A stretch of DNA of 32,000 nucleotides from assembly GCF_018336915.1 (NCBI RefSeq), contig NZ_CP064923.1:2550001-2582000 (forward strand). Reading direction: 5' to 3'. A model generated the notes under the pieces. The model searched no databases. It was not told the origin of the DNA and saw nothing but the letters and a program-made list of their open reading frames with translations. Positions 16,697 through 26,652 of the stretch are shown here, one piece after another; the first letter of the stretch is position 1; each line of letters opens with the position of its first letter. The stretch is from Acaryochloris marina S15 (GTDB lineage: Bacteria; Cyanobacteriota; Cyanobacteriia; Thermosynechococcales; Thermosynechococcaceae). Made by a program: the position numbers and the translations under genes.

Positions 16697-17181
16697 GGTT
16701 CTCCTATTCTTACTAACAAAATTTAGGCAATCTCTTTGGTAATTACTTTCATCTCTATCTATCTAACAACTTATGGGACAGTCACCGTTTAGCATATGAA
16801 TTGATATGTAAATTTAATTCAGGGCTATTTGCGGACGATGTGTCTGTCTATTTTGCACTGTCCAATACCTTAGCTGTTTAGGTGACAATTTTATTTCAGA
16901 AAGAACTCTTGAAAGACTTAATTAAAAGGTGTTCCAGAGATTTTGGTTTAGCAAAAAGTGTTGTTCTATTTTAGGCCGTTTCCATTATTCTTAGCCGATT
17001 AGATTTACGAACCCCTCGAAATTGCCCGCCACTAAATCTGATTCAATTATCTGTGAATAGAATATTTTGAGCTTTTTCTGCCCCCAATACTCGAAGAATT
17101 AAAATCAGTATTTCCCCATCAGATTTGTGAGGAATCTTTATTTATAGCAATATACTCCCTATGGAAAAGGAAGCTTCGTTC

Positions 17182-18258
17182 TTAAGCTATGTCACTTCCC
17201 GTTGAATCAGCTTCTTCTATCTCATAAGTTGTAACCGAATCGGCTGATGCTTCTTCCCCACTAAGATCAAGCTTTTGACGCACCTGTTGTTCTACATCTT
17301 GAGCAAACTCTGGATTATCTAGGAAATATTGAATGGTATTCTCCCGCCCCTGGCCTATATTGCTACCGTCATAGCTATACCAAGCTCCTTTACGGACAAT
17401 GATATCCTTCTCTTCCGCCATATCCACAAGGCAACCCATTGTTGAAATCCCTTGACCAAATAGGATGTCAAACTCTGCAATCCGAAAGGGAGGAGCAACC
17501 TTGTTCTTTGCTACCTTGACCTTTGCTCGGATGCCATACATGTCAGTCCCTTTTTTCAAAGTTTGAATCCGACGAATATCCAAGCGAACAGATGCATAGA
17601 ACTTGAGGGCGTTACCTCCCGTGGTCACCTCAGGGTTACCATAGGTGACCCCAATCTTCTGACGAAGTTGGTTGAGGAAGATGACGGTGCTGCCTGACTT
17701 GGCAATGTTGCTTGTAATCTTACGCAGGGCTTGACTCATCAACCGAGCCTGTAAGCCCATATGGGAATCACCCATATCTCCCTCGATTTCAGCTCTAGGA
17801 GTGAGAGCAGCAACAGAGTCAATCACCACCAGATCAACCGCACTAGAACGAACTAGCTGATCCACAATTTCTAAAGCCATCTCCCCAGAATCAGGCTGAC
17901 TCACAAGCAGCTCTGATACATCGACACCCAAGGCTGCTGCATAAACTGGATCAAGAGCATGTTCTGCATCGACAAAAGCCGCGACACCTCCAGTCTTTTG
18001 GATCTGAGAGATCGCATGGAGGGCTACCGTTGTTTTTCCCGAACTTTCAGGTCCATATATTTCAATGACACGTCCTCTAGGAAGCCCACCCCCTAAAGCG
18101 AGGTCCAGGGTTAATGCCCCACTCGAGATGGTCTCGACCTGCATACGAGTGGCATCTCCCAGTCGCATGATCGCCCCTTTGCCAAACGTCTTTTCAACGT
18201 TTTTCATCACCAAGTCGAGGGCTTTTTGCTTCTCAGTCATGTCATTTTTAGCGCTCAT
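17182..18258 (-). CDS. recA: recombinase RecA
   Basis: 358 aa, full length. It has '[23 protein letters not shown]', Walker A 'GPESSGKTT', Walker B '[10 protein letters not shown]', the L2 region '[34 protein letters not shown]' and an acidic C-terminal tail. Confidence 0.98.
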   Translation of the reverse strand: MSAKNDMTEKQKALDLVMKNVEKTFGKGAIMRLGDATRMQVETISSGALTLDLALGGGLPRGRVIEIYGPESSGKTTVALHAISQIQKTGGVAAFVDAEHALDPVYAAALGVDVSELLVSQPDSGEMALEIVDQLVRSSAVDLVVIDSVAALTPRAEIEGDMGDSHMGLQARLMSQALRKITSNIAKSGSTVIFLNQLRQKIGVTYGNPEVTTGGNALKFYASVRLDIRRIQTLKKGTDMYGIRAKVKVAKNKVAPPFRIAEFDILFGQGISTMGCLVDMAEEKDIIVRKGAWYSYDGSNIGQGRENTIQYFLDNPEFAQDVEQQVRQKLDLSGEEASADSVTTYEIEEADSTGSDIA

Positions 18259-18302
18259 TCGGGGATCTCCAAAGGGGGCAATTTTGGGGTGCTAGACCAA
18301 TA

Positions 18303-18318
18303 TAGTAATTCTGTACTA
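18303..18318 (-). promoter_or_regulatory. candidate LexA box overlapping a -10-like hexamer upstream of recA
   Basis: On the recA strand the site is TAGTACAGAATTACTA, a palindrome TAGTA-N6-TACTA, lying 45-60 nt upstream of the ATG. It has one mismatch to the cyanobacterial LexA consensus RGTACNNNDGTWCB as I remember it. TATATT (complement of 18299-18304) follows immediately. Confidence 0.4.
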
Positions 18319-18375
18319 AGATAGTGTCAATAAGATACCTTTGTTCATGTTTTACCTCCAAACGGTGAGGTTGCA

Positions 18376-18579
18376 ATGGCAACAGATATGCTTTCTGAAT
18401 TAGTAGGATTCCCTGGTGGCTGGCTCGTCGGAGTCTCTCTCGATTTAGAGTGGGGCTATCAATGTTGGGTCATCACTCCAGAAAGACAGGTTCACACTGA
18501 TGGGGAATTCTACGAGAATAACTTAGTGGCGTTATCAGCAGGCCGGTTTTTAGTTGAACATTCCTTGGAAGTGGAATAG
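18376..18579 (+). CDS. hypothetical small protein (67 aa)
   Basis: ATG ORF with GGTGAGG 6 nt upstream as a possible RBS. It is the only + strand ORF in the core and fits exactly between the recA upstream region and the RNB gene stop. No family recognised. Confidence 0.4.
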   Translation: MATDMLSELVGFPGGWLVGVSLDLEWGYQCWVITPERQVHTDGEFYENNLVALSAGRFLVEHSLEVE

Positions 18580-18589
18580 GGCTATTTGA

Positions 18590-20524
18590 TCAGCAAGATG
18601 CAACCAAGGATTTGTCTTGGACTAAGGTTGTCTGGAGTTCCTCCACAATCTGTCTCGCAGCTCTATGCTTTGCCGTCTTTTTACTAGAGGCTATACCGCT
18701 GCCAACCATTTCATTCTCTTCAACCTTGAGACGACATTCACAAAGAAAACCTTGTTCATGCTCTGAAATCTCAAATCCTGGCTGTGGCCACTGAAAGCCC
18801 TGGCACAACTCCATGAGCAGACTCAAACAATTATGCCCTTCCTGGTACTGTTTAAGTTTAGTGAGGACAGCTGGAGGCTTAGGTGTCGTCGGTTGGGGGA
18901 TAGGAGGAGCTTCTCTCTGCTCTGGATGGACTAAGGTACCGTTCTTATAGGCCTTGAGCCAAGCTAAACAAGCCTGATGTCTTGCCCCCATTTTGTTCAT
19001 GGAGATACCCGGTTGAGTTGTCGTCAACATCTGTTGGTCAACCAGAATCTCTAACCAGATCATAAAGGAGGATTCTTGATTGCCTTCCACATAAGCAGAA
19101 CTTTCCCAGACTTCCATTTGATTGAGAGCAATACTGACAATGCTCGCAGCATCATGGAGATGTTCTGCTAAGTAACCCAAGACCTGTTCTTGTAACTGCA
19201 GGTCATCACCCAACAAAAGCAAGACAAACAAATCCTCAACGGTTACGTTCCCAGATAGTAAGCGAGTGGTGGCTTCAGCTTTAAGCTTTTCTCCCTGACC
19301 ATCTTCTAGAGCGAATCGGAGCAGGAGAGAAAACTCTCGTGTTGGCAGCTGTTCAATGACCTCGGGTGATTGCAGTTGAGATTCATAGAGTTGTCGCTGC
19401 TGGGCTTTGTAATAGTTTTTTTGAGCTTCTTCTTGGACTTGCAGGGTGGCTTCAATGTGTAGGGACAGCTCGCATATGTCTTCTGGGGAATAGGACAAGG
19501 TCTGCTCTTGGAGGTGAGCTTTGACCATGCGGTGGTTGATCAAGTCTGGGTAACGACGAATGGGAGACGTAAAGTGGCAATAGGCAGACAGGTTTAAGGC
19601 AAAGTGACCGTTGGGCTCAGGTCCATATACTGCAGGATTGAGCCAACCCATCAGAACGCGGCGAATATCTTCTTCAGATTGGGCATTAACGAGGGCCTCA
19701 AACTGATGGGTTTGTTCAGGGCCAATGGCGCGATGGGTATGATTCCGGTAAATGGCGGGGATGTTGTGCTGGACTAGCCATTGGGCAATGGCTGTATTGG
19801 CCAGAATCATAAACTCTTGAATAATCAGATAGCTCTGATAGCGGGTGAAGTCTGTAGACAAAAGAGTACCGTTTTCATCTAGGTAGTACCCTTCCGGTAG
19901 GGTGAGTCCATCAAAGTTCTTGGATTGCATTCGTCTTTGATAGAGCTGCTCAGCCCATTGCCAACATCGATACAAAAAGATGGAGTCAGGAAGACTGATA
20001 TCTAAGAGGGCTTCATCTGCTTGTTCATAGGTGAAGCGTTTATGGCTGATCAGCTGGGATTCATACACTTCAATGTGCTGAATTTCAGCGGATTGATTCA
20101 GAGTGATCTCTAGGGTGATTGTGGGTCTAAGCTGCTGTTCTAGGAGACTGAGTTTATCTTCGGATAAACACCTGGGCAGCATCGGTTTATTGTTATGCCG
20201 AAAATATAAGGTTTGAATCCGGGTCCTGGCTTCTTGGTCGATGAGGGTGCCAGGTTGGACGAGTTCCGAGACGTCAGCGATATGAACGGAAAGGGTCGTG
20301 AGGTTATCTTTCTCTTCAATCCAGATGGCATCATCCAGGTCTCGGGAATGGGCTCCATCAATGGTGATCCCTGGAACTTGTGGGCGTTGATTAATGGAGG
20401 TGGGTAGGGTAATGGTCTCTGCTTCTTCAAGAACGGGCTTAGAGAAGGGTTGTCGAGGCATCTTGGCTGAAGGGTTGGATTGCTCAATACACTTTAGCGG
20501 CTTGTATATGAATCTGTGTGCCAC
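18590..20524 (-). CDS. RNB-domain exoribonuclease (RNase II/R family) with C-terminal dsRNA-binding domain
   Basis: The RNB motifs are 'ITIDGAHSRDLDDAIWIE' and 'HFALNLSAYCHFTSPIRRYPDLINHR'. The C-terminus 'LMELCQGFQWPQPGFEISEHEQGFLCECRLKV...GSGIASSKKTAKHRAARQIVEEL' looks like a DSRM fold signature. The start is GTG 20524 or ATG 20461 ('MPRQPFSK'). Confidence 0.85.
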   Translation of the reverse strand: MAHRFIYKPLKCIEQSNPSAKMPRQPFSKPVLEEAETITLPTSINQRPQVPGITIDGAHSRDLDDAIWIEEKDNLTTLSVHIADVSELVQPGTLIDQEARTRIQTLYFRHNNKPMLPRCLSEDKLSLLEQQLRPTITLEITLNQSAEIQHIEVYESQLISHKRFTYEQADEALLDISLPDSIFLYRCWQWAEQLYQRRMQSKNFDGLTLPEGYYLDENGTLLSTDFTRYQSYLIIQEFMILANTAIAQWLVQHNIPAIYRNHTHRAIGPEQTHQFEALVNAQSEEDIRRVLMGWLNPAVYGPEPNGHFALNLSAYCHFTSPIRRYPDLINHRMVKAHLQEQTLSYSPEDICELSLHIEATLQVQEEAQKNYYKAQQRQLYESQLQSPEVIEQLPTREFSLLLRFALEDGQGEKLKAEATTRLLSGNVTVEDLFVLLLLGDDLQLQEQVLGYLAEHLHDAASIVSIALNQMEVWESSAYVEGNQESSFMIWLEILVDQQMLTTTQPGISMNKMGARHQACLAWLKAYKNGTLVHPEQREAPPIPQPTTPKPPAVLTKLKQYQEGHNCLSLLMELCQGFQWPQPGFEISEHEQGFLCECRLKVEENEMVGSGIASSKKTAKHRAARQIVEELQTTLVQDKSLVASC

Positions 20525-20644
20525 ACTCTATTCTATTGAAAATTATTGCCTTGGCCTCTTGGGAACTGGCCTAAAGGTAATGAAGCTGCAACGAAGTGCC
20601 ATGCGACCTCTATAACTTTGTCGAATCCCCCTTTTCCTCAGCCA

Positions 20645-23600
20645 TTAAGCCCATGATCTCAGTTCATCAACCCAATAGTTTAGGAGTGCTGTCATATGAG
20701 ATCGACGAGCTTCAAAGGTCGCTGCCACCCAAATAAACAGCAGCCCCACAACAATCCCGATGGCCCACAGCAAGAAAGACTGATCGGCAACGAATAGCCA
20801 GAACTGACGCACCACCTTAAGGACGAAAAATAAGCTACCCACATAGGCAAAAGCTCGTACCCGAAGGATTAGACCAGCCAAAATCAACAGTAAGCAGAAG
20901 CCCGCAGCTGCAAATCCCCACAGCAATTGAGCATCGGATTCAGATAGCGCACTTAAGCACATCAAGCCCGTGGCCAGCATCCGCAGTGAATGGCGCTGGT
21001 TGCGGGCAGTGTCTGCATTAAAGATAGGATCGAGCTGGGCTAGATATAGGAGAGAACCTCCGACAAGACAGGCGATCGGAAATGGTCCTTGGAGCTGGTA
21101 AAGTCCAATAAGCCGCCAGATGGCCCAGTCTGCCAAGCATAAGCTGATATAGCTGAATCGGGGTTGCCGTTCCTGCATCGCTATCCAGGCATAAAATGCT
21201 CCTACAGTCAGCAGAGTGGGAATCAGAACTGCATTTGCAGTGGTTAAAGTTGCCCCCAGAGGTAAGACTAGGGCCGTCCGTCGCCAGGGTCGTTTAGACC
21301 AGCCCCACATAGACCAAGGCAGTTGATAAAAGCCAGCGGCTAAGAGGCAGGCCATTGCTGCCCCCCAGTGCTGCAATAACAGCAGGGGAACCGTAAGATA
21401 AAGCCCATAGCCTAGTGCCACACTCGCCTCTAGAATACCCGCGTAGATCCAGTCCTCGCGCTTACGTCCGTGGATAAAGGCATAGCTGCTTAAGCCAGTA
21501 GTCATCCCAATCCACAACGCCTCCATGCCAGAACTTAATCCAGCGACCAACGCCAAGGAAGCCAAACCGCTGGCTACGATCCAGTGGAGATTGGCAATCA
21601 TCTGTAATTCTTTTACTGAAAGCTTCACAAAGCGGGCCAGCCAAGGTGCCAAGATATATTCACTACAAGCAATGACTGTGGCCAGGGCCGCAAACATAAG
21701 ATAGCCATCTGCTACCCGTCCCCCGATCGCCTGCAGCAGTTGGTAAATCAAAAGCTCACAGGCTCCCCAGCTTAGACCAGCAATGGCTAAGAAGGTTGCG
21801 CCTTTGAAGTTAGCCTGCCGCCGGCTGATGCCAATGGCGATTAAGCAGAATACTAGGGTAAAGAAACCAGTGGCGGCGGTAAAGCTGCTGTGGCCAAATA
21901 TCCAACCTAAGCTGCCATAGAAGAGCGGAATGAGCTGTTCGCTGACCTGGTATGGTCGCTCAGTCTGTTTCATCCGCAACGCACCTAGACCGAGACTTAG
22001 GATTCCTAGGGCTAGGTTAGCCATCCCTAATTCTACGATCGAACTGTTTCCCAAGAGCAGTAGGCTGGCCGTCAAAATCTCTAGGCCCCCAGCAATCTGA
22101 AACTGGCTGATCTGCGATGGATTTCGCCAACTATGATAGGTGATGGCAATTGTCGCTAGCCCCGTTGCTCCTACTAGATATTGAGGGCTAGGGCCAATTG
22201 CCTCCCAGCCGCTGTAAAGCAAGCCTAAGCAGAGGCTCATCCCCAACAGATTGAGAGTATTGAGTCCCCAGGCCCATCCACTTAGAGCTTTGGTATACCA
22301 ACGTCCCAGCCTGCATCGCTGCAACTCGCTGTGCAGAAACCAAAGCAGCAGAGCCGTCAGGGCGATCCAGTTTAAGAATAGCCCTAGAGGAACTTGTCCC
22401 TGCCAAAGTTCCCAGAGAGCAGCGTAGATAAAGCTGAGGCCAAAGCCAACGGTCAAACCTCCCGCAAGCGGATGCTTAAGCGTTCGGGTATTGAAGAACA
22501 TGAGCACGGTGCTGCCCAACAACCCTAAAAGACGAGGAGTAGTCCAGGTGAAAATGAGGGTCTGAGCAATCACCAACGTGGCCATGCCTAGACCTGCTGC
22601 CAATGTTCTCTGCTGAAAACCGGTCCGGCTTCCCAAAACGGTCAGCATTAAGGGTGTCATTAGCCATAACACCTGCCAAATCTGAGTTTGACTGCTCCAG
22701 AGAACATAGCTGACTGCAGCCAAGCTTAAACCTAGATCCCAAGCACTTTTCTGCCATCTCACTGTCCCGAACCAACCGCTCATAAGCCACTCAGTAATCA
22801 TGGCTCCTAGGCAGATACTGGCCCAGACTGTGAGGTCGAGGCGAGGAAAACAAAAAGCAATGCTCGCGAAGAGAGCTGAAAGACCTGCTACTTGAGTCAA
22901 GTAGAGTAAAAACGGACAAGCTTGGGGCCGTCGAGGAACGATCCAGCCGAGCGTAAGAGCTGACACAATCAGGTTGAGTGATCGAGTTAAGGGATTAATG
23001 AAGCTGAGGAGCGTCAAAACTAATCCCAACCCCAGTGCTAAGCTTTCTGCAACCTCAGTCAATTGACCTGATGACAGCTGCCGCAATTTGGCCCCTAACC
23101 AGAAGGTCAAAAGACAGTAGGGAAATAACCCGATTCCCCAAAGAACGGTAGGCATGCCCACATCGGTAGATGCCCACTCAATCGCTGTTGTGACCACCTG
23201 CTGCCTTAGACCTACCGATACAAGATGAGTTAGGGGCCAAAATGTTTGGAGGCCGATGAAAAAGAGACAGATCAAATCCACGCTCTGTAACCGATACCAG
23301 AGGCGTTCCCCAAAAATCCACAGGGCGAGACCACTAATCGCTAAAGTCTGCCCAGGTACTGATAGTGATGCCAAACGACCTATGATCAGCAGTCCTACCC
23401 CTACCCAGAACCAGGGCTGGAGAGAGCGGCGAAATAACCAGCACAACAACCAGCCACATAGAGCAATTGCTAAGCTCAATTGTGAAAATGGGATCTGAGC
23501 TACCGCAATAGCCCTGAACAACAGCAGCAGTAGACCACCCATCAGAGCAATTCGGCTTAGCTGTAGCCATCCCAGGTGTGGTTGTAATGAGTCTTCGGTT

Positions 23601-24448
23601 TCCTCAGAAGTGAGATCGCTTCCCTGAGTGTAGTCTTCATAGGCAAGGGCTATACAGGTTGTGAGTACACCACTATAGGTGGCAAACCAGGGCCAGCCTG
23701 GCTGCCCCCATCCCCAGTGCAGCCAGCTCAATCCCACGATGTTGATGCTGGCAATTCGGGTTATGGAGGATGAAAGAGATCCTCGGCTCAAGCGCAACAT
23801 TACCGTCAAAATCCCTGTGAGGGTGAGGGCGGAGAGTACCGCCACCGACCAGCCCCCTCCGCTACGGAAGAGGTTAAGCTGATCCATCATCCAAAAGTTA
23901 ACTGGGATGATCAGCAGTGTGGTCATCTGCAGCATCCGAGCTGTGAGCTGTAGCTGAGGGCGGCGCTCTAGTCCATAGGCCACAGCAGCGAAAACCAGGG
24001 TATAGGCTAGCAGCAAACTATACTGTCCTGCAGATGAAAAATACTGCCATTGGGTTGCGGCCAGCACCCCAGAGGATACCACCACCATAAAAACGCCCAA
24101 CAGCAGCAACCACAAGACGCTCAGCTCTGCCATCAGGGATTGCAGAATTTGTGTCAGCCAGTCTGTCTTTTGCTGCTGAGGAGGGGAAGATATTTGTAGA
24201 GCTGGTACCTGAGGTGAGTCGTTAGATGAGGGAACGGTAGCCTCCAACCTGTTAACTTGATGAGTAACAGTTGTCTCTATGCTCTGTGAAGATACTAAGA
24301 GTTTGCAGGTCAGGTTTTGCTGGCAAAATTCTCGGACTTTGACATCAGAGATCAGTCCTCGCTGCAACCACACATCCAGCCCCTCCAATAGCGCAGGATG
24401 GTTTAACTGAATCTTCAGAGAAAGCTGAGCGGAACGGCTAGAGTCCAT
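20645..24448 (-). CDS. very large polytopic integral membrane protein (1267 aa), function unknown
   Basis: ATG at 24448. A soluble N-terminus of about 95 aa is followed by near-continuous hydrophobic helices, by eye on the order of 30 or more. All overlapping ORFs in the track are short. No catalytic motif recognised. Confidence 0.8.
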   Translation of the reverse strand: MDSSRSAQLSLKIQLNHPALLEGLDVWLQRGLISDVKVREFCQQNLTCKLLVSSQSIETTVTHQVNRLEATVPSSNDSPQVPALQISSPPQQQKTDWLTQILQSLMAELSVLWLLLLGVFMVVVSSGVLAATQWQYFSSAGQYSLLLAYTLVFAAVAYGLERRPQLQLTARMLQMTTLLIIPVNFWMMDQLNLFRSGGGWSVAVLSALTLTGILTVMLRLSRGSLSSSITRIASINIVGLSWLHWGWGQPGWPWFATYSGVLTTCIALAYEDYTQGSDLTSEETEDSLQPHLGWLQLSRIALMGGLLLLLFRAIAVAQIPFSQLSLAIALCGWLLCWLFRRSLQPWFWVGVGLLIIGRLASLSVPGQTLAISGLALWIFGERLWYRLQSVDLICLFFIGLQTFWPLTHLVSVGLRQQVVTTAIEWASTDVGMPTVLWGIGLFPYCLLTFWLGAKLRQLSSGQLTEVAESLALGLGLVLTLLSFINPLTRSLNLIVSALTLGWIVPRRPQACPFLLYLTQVAGLSALFASIAFCFPRLDLTVWASICLGAMITEWLMSGWFGTVRWQKSAWDLGLSLAAVSYVLWSSQTQIWQVLWLMTPLMLTVLGSRTGFQQRTLAAGLGMATLVIAQTLIFTWTTPRLLGLLGSTVLMFFNTRTLKHPLAGGLTVGFGLSFIYAALWELWQGQVPLGLFLNWIALTALLLWFLHSELQRCRLGRWYTKALSGWAWGLNTLNLLGMSLCLGLLYSGWEAIGPSPQYLVGATGLATIAITYHSWRNPSQISQFQIAGGLEILTASLLLLGNSSIVELGMANLALGILSLGLGALRMKQTERPYQVSEQLIPLFYGSLGWIFGHSSFTAATGFFTLVFCLIAIGISRRQANFKGATFLAIAGLSWGACELLIYQLLQAIGGRVADGYLMFAALATVIACSEYILAPWLARFVKLSVKELQMIANLHWIVASGLASLALVAGLSSGMEALWIGMTTGLSSYAFIHGRKREDWIYAGILEASVALGYGLYLTVPLLLLQHWGAAMACLLAAGFYQLPWSMWGWSKRPWRRTALVLPLGATLTTANAVLIPTLLTVGAFYAWIAMQERQPRFSYISLCLADWAIWRLIGLYQLQGPFPIACLVGGSLLYLAQLDPIFNADTARNQRHSLRMLATGLMCLSALSESDAQLLWGFAAAGFCLLLILAGLILRVRAFAYVGSLFFVLKVVRQFWLFVADQSFLLWAIGIVVGLLFIWVAATFEARRSHMTALLNYWVDELRSWA

Positions 24449-24621
24449 CGGTTTACTACATTCCTAAATGATTTCAGTAAGGCGCTAGCTCCCTGGTCTT
24501 TAACCATCGTCTAAGCAATGCCCTCATATATAAGACTATGCGGTGGTTGTCAGCCAAATATAGCAAGCGCCATTTTATTCAGGACATAATAAACTAGAGA
24601 TACTGTTATGTCTTTCAATGG

Positions 24622-25185
24622 ATGCCTAAAATCTACAGCTACGATTTACGTTGCAAAGTGATCGATGCTATTGAACTTGATGGCATGCCTCCCTCAGAAG
24701 CGAGTGACACCTTTCATATCAGTCGTAACACCATTAATCTATGGCAACGTCTCAAAGCAGAAACAGGTGATCTTCATCCCATCCCTAGACAACACCTTGG
24801 CCATAGCCACAAAATCACAGACTGGGATAAGTTTCGAGCTTTTGCTCAAGAACATCGCTATAAAACCCAAGCTCAGATGGCCGAGTTGTGGGAGGGGCAA
24901 ATCAGTGAGCGTACTATTTCAAGAGCGCTGAAGAATATTGGATTTACTCGAAAAAAAAGACCTATGGCTACCGCCAACGCGATGAGCACAAACGGGCTGA
25001 GTTCGTCCAAAAGTTAACAACAGTAGACCCAGACGATATCGTCTATGCTGACGAGTCAGGGATGGACAATCGAGATGAGTATGACTATGGCTATGGTCCC
25101 AAAGGTGAGCGGGTCTATGCTTTAAAGTCTGGTAGCAGAAGTGGACGAGTCAATATGATTGCAGCTTTGAGAGGAAAGCAGCTCA
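24622..25185 (+). pseudogene. IS630-family transposase (two frames joined at an A8 slippery run), 3'-truncated by ISKra4-like copy B
   Basis: OrfA contains the HTH 'MPKIYSYDLRCKVIDAIELDGMPPSEASDTFHISRNTINLWQRL'. After A8 (24951-24958) the -1 frame continues 'KTYGYRQRDEHKRAEFVQKL...IVYADESGMDNRDEYDYGYGPKGERVYALKSGSRSGRVNMIAALRGKQL', which carries the IS630 'DESG' first-D region. It stops at the IS boundary 25185/25186. Confidence 0.8.
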
Positions 25186-26652
25186 GTAAGCGTAAATATC
25201 CTACATTAAAAGCCTAATTCTCAAGCAGCTTTTTCTTCTTCAGGAAGAACTAAATCTAGCCAATTATCACTCCATTCATTACTGATCATACTCGCCCTGA
25301 TTTGCAAGACATTATGGGCACCTACCCGAGTCCATTGCATCTTCTGCTTCTTTTTATGGCGAGCATTAATGAGGGTGTCAATATGAGATTCTGCAACTTG
25401 ACTGGTATAAGCTAGCCCCGCTTTATCTCGCTCGTCATAATTGACAAGATATTCACTGTTATTCTTTAAGTAATCGTATAAGCCTTTGAGCTTTGTTTGC
25501 TTCTTCTCATCTGAAATGTTGTCTCGAAGCATGGCAATCTTCTGCAGAGCATCATCTACTTTTCCATGCCATAAACTCCCCTTCGCACTATCGAGGGATT
25601 CTGCAAAGGTTTCACCCAGTGCATTGCTGACATTTCGGAATTTCTTGCCGATATGAAACCAGTCCAAGATCAGCTCTAATGCTTTGCAATGAAGCTCAAG
25701 AACTGAGATGACTGACCAGCAGTTGCTAGCACCATCGGCCAAGGCAGTGACCTGTGTCTCTTCTGTCATCCCTTGTTTAAGTGCCGCATGATGCAGATAG
25801 GTCTTGATGGTTTGCAACTCATCCTCTAAGGCGGAAACAACACAAGTCTTTTCCGTAATTTGGCGATGATGTTTATCAACTACTTCAATGGCACTAGGAC
25901 GATAAACGATGCCAGATAAGGCTTCAAAACTGCGCTTGTCTTTATCTTTGGTAGGAATATGACCCCCATCGACTTGAGCAATGAGTTCTGCTGCCGGGGT
26001 GGGTAACTCTTCTTGATCTGGAGGGGTAGTGTTCGCTTGAGATAAACGCTCACCGACTTGATTGGTCACGTTTTTGATTTGGACATGGTTATTCACACTC
26101 CGGCGCTGAGCATTCAGCCGCTCCATATTATCCTGAGCTTCTCGATAGCTATGCAAGGCACCATTCTCACATTGCAGTTTTACTAAGTCAGGATGAGTAT
26201 CTGTGCCAAAGACGCTCAACACCGATGGCATACTTTGCCATCGACACTCAGGATTCTTGCACCGATGTTTTTGGATACGGAGTTTATGATCGCTGAAGAC
26301 GGCATGGAATGTAGATGGTTGAAAACCAAGCTTGCCTATTTTCCCACCACATTTGATGCACTGCGTAACTCCAGTATCGATGAGGGTAGATTGTTCGGAT
26401 AACAGAGCACTTTGGACTTTGGAAAGCAGAGAGATTTGTTCTTCGTGACGCAATCCTAGATCTAGAATAGATTCTGGTTGCTTGATGTCATAGATTTTTA
26501 GAGTGTCTCGTTTAACGACTTCCTGAGTGGTAACCGAAACTTTCTCCACAATCACTCTAAATTCGTAGTCCATCTCTCACCGTTACTCTCGAACCTCTGC
26601 AAGAGATAGAGTAACACTAAAAACTTGAATAATGTACAAAAATTACGCTTTC
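25186..26652 (-). mobile_element. ISKra4-like insertion sequence, copy B (1467 bp, inverted relative to copy A)
   Basis: It has the same termini and ORF offsets as copy A. It is flanked by a truncated IS630 element on one side and a truncated IS4-family element on the other. Confidence 0.8.
25221..26573 (-). CDS. DDE transposase with N-terminal zinc ribbon (ISKra4-like family)
   Basis: 450 aa, identical to ORF 8103..9455 except 'VLELHCK' here against 'VLEPHCK' there. Confidence 0.85.
   Translation of the reverse strand: MDYEFRVIVEKVSVTTQEVVKRDTLKIYDIKQPESILDLGLRHEEQISLLSKVQSALLSEQSTLIDTGVTQCIKCGGKIGKLGFQPSTFHAVFSDHKLRIQKHRCKNPECRWQSMPSVLSVFGTDTHPDLVKLQCENGALHSYREAQDNMERLNAQRRSVNNHVQIKNVTNQVGERLSQANTTPPDQEELPTPAAELIAQVDGGHIPTKDKDKRSFEALSGIVYRPSAIEVVDKHHRQITEKTCVVSALEDELQTIKTYLHHAALKQGMTEETQVTALADGASNCWSVISVLELHCKALELILDWFHIGKKFRNVSNALGETFAESLDSAKGSLWHGKVDDALQKIAMLRDNISDEKKQTKLKGLYDYLKNNSEYLVNYDERDKAGLAYTSQVAESHIDTLINARHKKKQKMQWTRVGAHNVLQIRASMISNEWSDNWLDLVLPEEEKAA

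Noticed and set aside
21462-23882. Six short ORFs (60-104 aa) on both strands within 21462-23882
   Set aside because: All are nested in the 1267-aa membrane-protein ORF. They are typical shadow ORFs of a codon-biased, GC-richer gene.
26552-26652. C-terminal tail of ORF 26552..27424 ('...RNFCTLFKFLVLLYLLQRFESNGERWTTNLE')
   Set aside because: This part is translation of the ISKra4-like left end, not IS4 transposase sequence. The same logic applies to the last 8 residues of ORF 30466..30894, which read into the IS6 IR.
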